Assembly: GCA_050260055.1 (NCBI GenBank)
Contig: JBLNBO010000022.1
Location: 207,365 to 271,364, forward strand
Reading direction: 5' to 3'
DNA length: 64,000 nucleotides
From: Ignavibacteriales bacterium
GTDB lineage: Bacteria; Bacillota; Clostridia; Acetivibrionales; UBA4821
Shown here: positions 56,972 through 64,000 of the stretch, piece after piece
How the letters are laid out: every line of letters starts with the position of its first letter
Numbering within the stretch: the first letter of the stretch is position 1
The notes under the pieces: generated by a model
Told to the model about the DNA's origin: nothing
Database searches by the model: none
Seen by the model: the letters and a program-made list of their open reading frames with translations, nothing else
Translations under genes and position numbers: made by a program

Positions 56972-57299
56972 AATTTTGAAAAAGTATATCTAGTAAGTCT
57001 GAATGAATAATAATCAATAAAATAAAAACGAATCCTTTGGGTTCGTTTTTTTGTTGTCCTATATAAGGTTTTAAGGCAAGCTTTACATATTGTAATATTT
57101 TTAAAATAGTGTCGAAATAGAACGAATATTGTAAATTTTTAATATTAATGATAAAATAATATACATAAAGATAATATGCAGAATCTAGTTTCACTTCTAT
57201 TCAAAGATTTAATTATTCAAAAGCTTCTTAAAAAGTTATTTCCACACTTTTACTAAAAATCAAGTTATAAATAACTAAAAATTTTTTTGAGGTGAGAAA

Positions 57300-59369
57300 A
57301 TGAAAAGCTTAAAACAAATGTTTTTTATTGGATTAGGGAGTTTTTTGCTATTTGTTTGCATCGGAATGTCGATTGCGTCATATTTCGGCGGGAAAAATGC
57401 GCTGGATGACACTGTCCATGATAGTATGCTCCATTTAGCTAGAGAGGGGAAAAACACTTTGGAAGCGAGGATTAAGGCCAATTATGAGACCCTTCAGGCT
57501 TTAACCTTAAGAATGGATGAAACCAGCAAGAAAGATATAGCCGGAATTTTAAAGGAAGTAACAGAAGAGATGGAATACATCACTATGGGAGTTGTAGACA
57601 AAAACGGTGATGGAATACTAGCAAACGGGCAAAAAGTGAATATAGCTGGTAAGGATTATTTCAAGCGAGCATTAAAAGGACAAGAAGTAATAACTGATCC
57701 GGAAATTAGCAAAGATAAAAAAACGGCAATCATTACTTTTGCAGTCCCTATAAAAGACGATGACGGCAATATTATAGGAGTATTGGTTGCAACGAAGGAT
57801 GGTTTATCAATAAGTAAAATTATAGATAGCATAACTTTCGGCAAAAGCGGGAAAGCCTTTTTGATTAACAAACAAGGAGTTATAATTGGGCATTCAGATA
57901 GAAATCTTGTTCTTAATAAAAGTAATGACTTTGAAAATATAAAGAATGATTCAAAGCTCAAGAAATTGGTCGAATTAGAAGAAAAGGCTGCAGCAGGAGA
58001 AGAAGGATTTGGAGATTATAGCTATAAGGGAGAATTAAGGTATGCAGCATATGCGCCAATTAATGTGAACGGCTGGTCTATAATGTTGGAGGCACCTCAC
58101 AAAGAAGTAATGGAAAATCTTAGATATATTCAAATATTTACTGCAATTACTGGTCTCACTTTTCTTATCATTGCTTTAATTTTCATATATATTATAGTAA
58201 GCAAAATATCTCTAGATATGAATACAATAAGAAAACACCTGATTGATATATCAAACGGGACATTCAAGAACAAGATGCCTATTTCTTTTACTGCACGAAA
58301 GGATGAAATGGGAGATATCGCAAAAGCTATAGATATTGTGAATGAATCGATAAGGGCTTTAATAAGCGATATCAAGAATTCTGCTAACAGCGTTGCGGTA
58401 GCGTCGGAAGAAACTAGTGCAATATCTGAACAGATAGCATCAAGCAGTCAAAACCAATCAGCATCTACCGAGCAAACATTAAGTTCTATGGAAGAGTTGG
58501 ATGCTTCTATACAGGATATTGAAAAAAATATACAGGAAGTTACTGAAAATATATCAAGTGTTACAAATCTCATTAAAGAAATGGACACTTCAGTAAAAAA
58601 TGTTGCTAATAGTATGGAGCATGTAGGACAAGGTGCGGAAACTGTTGCAAGTGCAACCGAGATTGGCAAGGATTCTGTAGAAAAAACAATGAAAGGTATG
58701 GAACGTATTAACGAAGCTATGGGCAGTTTGGTATCAGTCATAAAAGGACTAGGGACCTCTGCAGTTGATATAGGTGAAATTGTTGATGTAATTGATGATA
58801 TTGCTGAACAGACTAATTTGCTCGCATTGAATGCAGCAATAGAGGCAGCAAGAGCGGGAGAACACGGAAAAGGATTTGCTGTTGTAGCAGAAGCCATTAG
58901 AAATTTGGCAGAAAAGAGTGCTGATGCAACAAAAGAAATAACAAAGCTTATAAGGCATATACAGGATGAAGTAGGTATAGCAGTCAACACAGTTAAAACC
59001 GGTGCTGAAGAAGTTGAAAAGGGAGTTCAGCTTGCAAAAGAAACACAAGTATCTTTAGTCAACATAGAAGAATCAGTAGTTGTAACAGCTAATGAACTGA
59101 ATAAGTCAGTTATTCTGACGCAAGAGCAGAAAAAAGCTATAAAGATAATAGTTAATGATGCAGAAAGTATCAACAGTCTTGCGCAGACTATGGCAGCAAC
59201 AGTTGAAGAACAAACAGCAGCAAGCAGTGAAGTTGTAAAAGCCGTAGAGAATATTAGCCAATCGGCAGGTCAAATTGCTGCAGGTAATGGAGAAATTGCA
59301 AAATCGACAGATTCTTTAGCAAGAGAAGCTCAGAATTTATCAAATGTAGTAAGTAAGTATACAGTATAA
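57300..59369 (+). CDS. Methyl-accepting chemotaxis protein (dCache sensor, HAMP)
   Basis: Two TMs, dCache motifs, [30 protein letters not shown]. Confidence 0.95.
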   Translation: MKSLKQMFFIGLGSFLLFVCIGMSIASYFGGKNALDDTVHDSMLHLAREGKNTLEARIKANYETLQALTLRMDETSKKDIAGILKEVTEEMEYITMGVVDKNGDGILANGQKVNIAGKDYFKRALKGQEVITDPEISKDKKTAIITFAVPIKDDDGNIIGVLVATKDGLSISKIIDSITFGKSGKAFLINKQGVIIGHSDRNLVLNKSNDFENIKNDSKLKKLVELEEKAAAGEEGFGDYSYKGELRYAAYAPINVNGWSIMLEAPHKEVMENLRYIQIFTAITGLTFLIIALIFIYIIVSKISLDMNTIRKHLIDISNGTFKNKMPISFTARKDEMGDIAKAIDIVNESIRALISDIKNSANSVAVASEETSAISEQIASSSQNQSASTEQTLSSMEELDASIQDIEKNIQEVTENISSVTNLIKEMDTSVKNVANSMEHVGQGAETVASATEIGKDSVEKTMKGMERINEAMGSLVSVIKGLGTSAVDIGEIVDVIDDIAEQTNLLALNAAIEAARAGEHGKGFAVVAEAIRNLAEKSADATKEITKLIRHIQDEVGIAVNTVKTGAEEVEKGVQLAKETQVSLVNIEESVVVTANELNKSVILTQEQKKAIKIIVNDAESINSLAQTMAATVEEQTAASSEVVKAVENISQSAGQIAAGNGEIAKSTDSLAREAQNLSNVVSKYTV

Positions 59370-59386
59370 AATGTTATTGTAATTAT

Positions 59387-59418
59387 GAGAATGTCCCGCT
59401 AAGGGACATTCTCTTTTT
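59387..59418 (+). terminator. Intrinsic terminator
   Basis: gagaatgtccc-gctaa-gggacattctctttt. Confidence 0.8.
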
Positions 59419-59586
59419 GTTTAATACAATACAATAACTCTTGAAAATTGGGTAAAATATGGGTATAGTATTCTAAATAGTTGACAGTTGATAGTTAAAA
59501 CCAAAATACAACAAACAGATAGGTTTTTTCTGAATTCTGACTTCTGACTCCTAGATTCTAATTAAATATCCGAAAGGAATGATATT

Positions 59587-61506
59587 ATGACAGAAAGAAA
59601 AACATTCTATATTACTACTCCAATTTATTATCCCAGCGACAAGCTGCATATAGGGCATTCGTACTGTTCAGTTGCTTGTGATGCTATGGCTAGATATAAA
59701 AGGCTTAGAGGCTATGACGTGATGTTTCTCACTGGCACAGACGAACATGGACAGAAGATAGAAAGAAAATCACATGAAAAAGGTCTAACTCCGCAAGCAT
59801 ATGTTGATGGAATTGTTGCAGGAATAAAAGATTTGTGGAAGCTTATGGATATTACTAATGATGACTTTATACGGACAACGGAGGAGAGGCACAGGAAGGT
59901 TGTACAAAAAATATTTAAAAAGCTTTATGAGCAAGGCGATATTTATAAAGGCGAATATGAAGGTTGGTATTGTACACCTTGCGAATCTTTTTGGACAGAA
60001 ACCCAGCTGGTTGATGGAAAATGTCCTGATTGCAACAGGGATGTAGAGCTGGTCAAAGAAGAAAGTTATTTTTTCAAGATGTCTAAATATGCAGACAGAC
60101 TTATTAAGCATATAGAAGACAATCCCGAATTTATTCAACCGGTTTCAAGAGCAAATGAGATGATAAATAACTTTTTAAAGCCGGGACTTGAAGACCTTTG
60201 CGTCTCAAGGACTTCTTTCAAGTGGGGAATTCCGGTTGATTTTGATGACAAGCACGTTATATATGTTTGGCTTGATGCGCTTTCAAACTACATAACTGCA
60301 TTGGGGTATATGACAGAGAATGATGAAAAGTTTAAAAAATACTGGCCGGCGGATTTTCACGTTGTGGGCAAGGAAATTACCCGATTTCACACTATTACAT
60401 GGCCTATTATGCTTATGGCTCTTGGATTGGAACTGCCCAAACAGGTTTTTGGCCATGGATGGCTTGTAATTGATGGTGGCAAGATGTCCAAATCTAAAGG
60501 AAATGTTGTTGACCCTGTTGTTCTTATTGAGAGATATGGACTCGATGCAGTAAGGTATTATTTACTTCGTGAAATTCCTTTTGGTTCTGATGCTAATTTT
60601 TCTGAAGAATTACTTGTAAATAGAATGAATTCTGATTTAGCAAATGATTTAGGAAATTTAGTTAGTAGAACTACTGCTATGATAGAAAAATATTTCGAAG
60701 GTATTCTTCCTGCTGATGGAGTCAGAGGCGATTTTGATGATGAGTTAAAAGCAATGGTATTGGCTACTCCCGAAAAAGTCGAAGGATACATGGAAAAAAT
60801 GCAGTCATATCTTGCTCTGACTGAAATATGGAAAACTATTTCAAGAATAAACAAGTATATTGATGAGACCACACCATGGACATTGGGAAAAGACCCGGCA
60901 AATAAACCAAGATTGGGCACAGTAATGTATAATCTTGCTGAGAGTGTAAGAATAATATCTATATTAATTAGGCCTTTCCTGACAAGGACACCAGCAAAAA
61001 TTTGGGAGCAGATAGGTATTGAGGAAGGACCACTTACGGATTGGGATTCTTCGAAAAAGTGGGGTATGATAAAAGCTGGTACTAAGGTAAAAAAGGCGGA
61101 TGCAATATTTCCTCGTATTGAATTTAAGCAGGAAGTGAATGCTCCAGAGCCAAAGGTAGAAGTATCTGTCAAAAAGGAAGATAACTACATTACAATAGAT
61201 GACTTTGCAAAACTTGATTTGAGAGTAGCAAAGGTTTTAAAGGCAGAAAAAGTAGAGGGAGCAGACAAGCTCTTAAAGCTTACAGTTGATGCCGGAGATG
61301 GCGAAAGGACGGTTGTTTCAGGAATAGCAAAGCATTATGCGGCAGAAGATATGATAGGAAAATCAGTAATACTTGTTGCAAATTTGAAGCCTGTAAAACT
61401 TCGTGGAATAGAGTCACATGGCATGATACTTGCAGCAAGCAATGAAGATAAGTTAGTATTGGCTTGCACTGACCGTGAGATATCTCACGGTTCAAAGGTA
61501 AAGTGA
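59587..61506 (+). CDS. metG: Methionine--tRNA ligase with C-terminal tRNA-binding domain
   Basis: HIGH, GTDEHG, YVWLDAL, KMSKS, C-terminal OB domain. Confidence 0.98.
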   Translation: MTERKTFYITTPIYYPSDKLHIGHSYCSVACDAMARYKRLRGYDVMFLTGTDEHGQKIERKSHEKGLTPQAYVDGIVAGIKDLWKLMDITNDDFIRTTEERHRKVVQKIFKKLYEQGDIYKGEYEGWYCTPCESFWTETQLVDGKCPDCNRDVELVKEESYFFKMSKYADRLIKHIEDNPEFIQPVSRANEMINNFLKPGLEDLCVSRTSFKWGIPVDFDDKHVIYVWLDALSNYITALGYMTENDEKFKKYWPADFHVVGKEITRFHTITWPIMLMALGLELPKQVFGHGWLVIDGGKMSKSKGNVVDPVVLIERYGLDAVRYYLLREIPFGSDANFSEELLVNRMNSDLANDLGNLVSRTTAMIEKYFEGILPADGVRGDFDDELKAMVLATPEKVEGYMEKMQSYLALTEIWKTISRINKYIDETTPWTLGKDPANKPRLGTVMYNLAESVRIISILIRPFLTRTPAKIWEQIGIEEGPLTDWDSSKKWGMIKAGTKVKKADAIFPRIEFKQEVNAPEPKVEVSVKKEDNYITIDDFAKLDLRVAKVLKAEKVEGADKLLKLTVDAGDGERTVVSGIAKHYAAEDMIGKSVILVANLKPVKLRGIESHGMILAASNEDKLVLACTDREISHGSKVK

Positions 61507-61629
61507 AAACTGTGATAAGCAGCGTCTGGCGTTGTCAGGAACAGATTCCAAAATGCTCACATATATCTAGATATGCTCCGCTTCTGAAATTTGTTCCTTT
61601 CTAGCCATACTTGCTTCTGACAGTTTTCA
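61504..61629 (+). repeat. Palindromic ~120-nt repeat family, copy 5 (starts at the metG TGA stop)
   Basis: tgaaaactgtgataagc...tgctcacatat..atatgctccgc...gcttctgacagttttca. Confidence 0.8.
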
Positions 61630-61689
61630 ATAAAAGATTTGTTGATAAATAGTTTCCTTCTATCTTGAGAGAAGGGAGAGGGGTGAGTT

Positions 61690-62460
61690 ATGGAACTATT
61701 TGATTCACATGCACATTATGATGATAAACGTTTTGCAGAGGATTACGATGAAGTAATCCTTAATGCATTTAACAGCGGAGTAAAATATATACTCAATGCC
61801 GGTTCGGATATTGCTACATCAAAAAAAAGCATAATGCTGGCAGAAAAATATGATTTTGTTTATGCTGCTGTTGGAGTTCATCCTCACGAAGCTGAAAAAC
61901 TTAGCGAGGATGGCTTTAATGAAATAAAAAAAATGGGCAGTCATCAGAAGGTTGTGGCCATTGGAGAGATTGGGCTGGATTATTATTATGACCATTCGCC
62001 GAGAGATGTTCAAAGGTATTGGTTTGAAAAACAGATTAATCTTGGCAAAGAGCTTAATCTTCCGTTGATAATCCACAATAGAGATTCTCATGAGGACATG
62101 ATGGATATAATCCGGAAAAATGCACCATACTCAAATTCGGGTGTGCTTCACTGCTTTACAGGCAGCTGGGAAATGGCAAAGCAGCTTTTGGATTTGGGCT
62201 TATATTTATCTTTTGGAGGGCCAATAACCTTTAAAAATGCGAAGAAAGCAATTGATATAATAGGAAAGATGCCTATAGATAGAATCTTAATAGAAACTGA
62301 TTGCCCTTACCTCACTCCAGAGCCCTTTAGAGGGAAGAGAAACCATTCCGGTTATGTTAATCTTGTTGCCGAAAAAATATCTGAAATTCGAGGAATTTCA
62401 ATGCAGGAAGCAGCAAATTTGACAACAATGAATACGAAAAGGCTTTTTGGAATAGAATAA
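61690..62460 (+). CDS. tatD: TatD-family DNase
   Basis: DSHAH, GVHPH, GEIGLDY, IIHNR, HCF, ETDCPY. Confidence 0.94.
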   Translation: MELFDSHAHYDDKRFAEDYDEVILNAFNSGVKYILNAGSDIATSKKSIMLAEKYDFVYAAVGVHPHEAEKLSEDGFNEIKKMGSHQKVVAIGEIGLDYYYDHSPRDVQRYWFEKQINLGKELNLPLIIHNRDSHEDMMDIIRKNAPYSNSGVLHCFTGSWEMAKQLLDLGLYLSFGGPITFKNAKKAIDIIGKMPIDRILIETDCPYLTPEPFRGKRNHSGYVNLVAEKISEIRGISMQEAANLTTMNTKRLFGIE

Positions 62461-62686
62461 TAATTAGCAACATTTAACATAATAAGTAATATTATAATAT
62501 TAGAACAGCAGGCTTTTGGGTGCAGAATTTGACAAAAACTTAAAAAAGTAATAAAATTGACCTGACCCTTAGCAAGAACAGGCTGAAAAAAGCCTTGTTC
62601 GAACTTGGGAATTGTGCTTTTAAAAATGAATATATTAAGTTGAGCATAGTTTCCTATTAATATAAAGTAGGAGGTAATGGCAGTAG

Positions 62687-63694
62687 ATGCACTGTAAAAA
62701 TGGTAATAAGCAGTTTAAAACAAAACAAGTGCTTCTCCTGGCTTTTACACTTTGTTTTGCGATGTTTGCAAGCGTGGCCGTTTATGCAGCTCAGGTTAAG
62801 GAAGTTAGAATTGACAACAAAGGTAATGTAATTTGTGTAAAAACCATGGCGAAGTCCGTGAATGAACTGTTGAAAGAAAAAGGAATTAAAGTAGGTTATG
62901 CTGATGTAGTACAACCGGGATTGTACGCTAGGCTAGATCCAAAACTTACAATTGTAATTAGAAAGGATACGGTCGTTCAAATTGAAGAAACAAAAGAAGC
63001 AAATGAAGCAGTAGTTAAAACAGCAGCTTCTGCAGTTGTGATAAATCCACCCAAACAAAAAGTAGAACCAAAGGAATTAATTAGAAAAGAAAAAGTTATT
63101 ACGAAAGAAAAAGTAATTACTGTTAAAGGTAAGTTGGCATATAAAACAGAGAGTAAAGAGAATGATAAGCTCCTTAATGGAGAAAAAAGGGTCATAAAAC
63201 AAGGGAAACCTGGTTTGGTTGTTAAACAATATAAAGTTATTTATAGAAATGGAAAGGAAGTTAGCAGAAAACTCTTGTCTGCAAAAGTTGCGGTAAAACC
63301 AGTTAATGAAGTAGTGCAGAAAGGAACCCGCAGGTTCTTGGTCACTTCCAGAGGAGAAACCTTAAGATTCAAAAGGGTAATCGAAATGAAAGCGACAGCA
63401 TACTACAATAGTTTTTCTGAAACAGGCAAAAAGCCTGGAAGCGCAGGTTTTGGTGTAACTGCTTCGGGTATGAAAACCAAAAAGGGAGTTGTTGCTGTTG
63501 ATCCCCATGTAATCTCTCTTGGTACAAGACTTTATATTGAAAGTATGCAAAAAGGAGTATCAAATTACGGATATTCAATTGCCGCAGATACTGGAGGGGC
63601 TATTAAGGGAAACAAAATCGATTTATTCTTCCCAACAAGGCAAGAAGTTTACAATTGGGGAGTACGTAAGGTCAAGGTATACGTTCTAGAGTAG
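62687..63694 (+). CDS. YabE-like ubiquitin-like/G5/3D-domain cell-wall protein
   Basis: N-terminal TM, G5 domain (QGKPG...Y.NGKEV), 3D domain ATAY...AVDP..I.LG...DTGGAIKGNKID. Confidence 0.88.
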   Translation: MHCKNGNKQFKTKQVLLLAFTLCFAMFASVAVYAAQVKEVRIDNKGNVICVKTMAKSVNELLKEKGIKVGYADVVQPGLYARLDPKLTIVIRKDTVVQIEETKEANEAVVKTAASAVVINPPKQKVEPKELIRKEKVITKEKVITVKGKLAYKTESKENDKLLNGEKRVIKQGKPGLVVKQYKVIYRNGKEVSRKLLSAKVAVKPVNEVVQKGTRRFLVTSRGETLRFKRVIEMKATAYYNSFSETGKKPGSAGFGVTASGMKTKKGVVAVDPHVISLGTRLYIESMQKGVSNYGYSIAADTGGAIKGNKIDLFFPTRQEVYNWGVRKVKVYVLE

Positions 63695-63792
63695 GATACA
63701 TAAGATAAAGATTGATGAGTAAAATAAATTAACTGATAGGCCGAAAATTCCTTTAGGAGTTATTCGGCCTTTTAAAATCACAGGAGAAAGCT

Positions 63793-64000
63793 ATGAATGA
63801 TTTAATTTTAAAAACTAAAGGAATAATGCAAAAGTATAATATAAATGCCAATAAAAGATTTGGACAGAATTTTCTGATAGACCAGCATGTTTTAGATTCT
63901 ATAATAAAAGCTGGAGAAGTATCAAAGGATGATTTGGTAATAGAAGTTGGGCCCGGTCTAGGCATTTTAACCAGTGAACTATGCAAAAATGCTGATAAAG
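63793..64000 (+). CDS. rsmA: 16S rRNA dimethyltransferase (3'-partial)
   Basis: Translation from ATG 63793 gives ...KRFGQNFLID...VIEVGPGLGILT; standard metG-tatD-yabE-rsmA synteny. Confidence 0.92.
   Translation, partial: MNDLILKTKGIMQKYNINANKRFGQNFLIDQHVLDSIIKAGEVSKDDLVIEVGPGLGILTSELCKNADK

Noticed and set aside
33236-61629. CRISPR array interpretation of the recurring hairpins
   Set aside because: The copies are dispersed, ~120 nt long and divergent, with no repeat-spacer periodicity and no cas genes.
63694-63793. Absence of rnmV between the yabE-like gene and rsmA
   Set aside because: This synteny is variable among Clostridia, so the absence is not informative on its own.
58-63986. Numerous antisense and out-of-frame ORFs in the six-frame track
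   Set aside because: They overlap well-supported genes and are shadow ORFs without RBS or motifs.

Overview
AT-rich chromosome segment from a spore-forming Clostridia (Bacillota) bacterium. The backbone is mostly housekeeping: tRNA-Tyr, tRNA-Ile(CAU), ychF, rnj, leuS, gdhA, comEC, a c-di-AMP-riboswitch-controlled SH3b-NlpC/P60 hydrolase, T-box-ileS, aroB, iscS-nifU-mnmA-cysE-cysS, ispE, cotS-gcvT-amidohydrolase-gcvH-gcvPA-gcvPB, acpS, ilvE, an MCP, and metG-tatD-G5/3D-rsmA. Three things stand out. (1) A ~7.6 kb accessory island between ychF and rnj encodes nucleotide-handling domains: an adenosine-deaminase + SLOG + (degenerate and intact) nucleoside-2-deoxyribosyltransferase-like fusion, followed by a NUDT16-like (IDP/dIDP-phosphatase-type) Nudix gene, a tandem RyR-repeat protein and a PGDYG-type protein with a small partner. 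This is a candidate inosine-nucleotide conflict/defence system. Two of its genes share a duplicated, covarying ~140-nt structured 5' leader. (2) There are modular palindromic non-coding elements: five copies of a ~120-nt covarying hairpin family (one with a nested insert) and a ~570-bp TIR-bounded MITE-like composite. (3) An operon encodes a CDC48/Vps4-class AAA+ ATPase, PspA/IM30 (bacterial ESCRT-III) and a 2TM coiled-coil protein. All domain calls are by motif recognition only; no searches were run.
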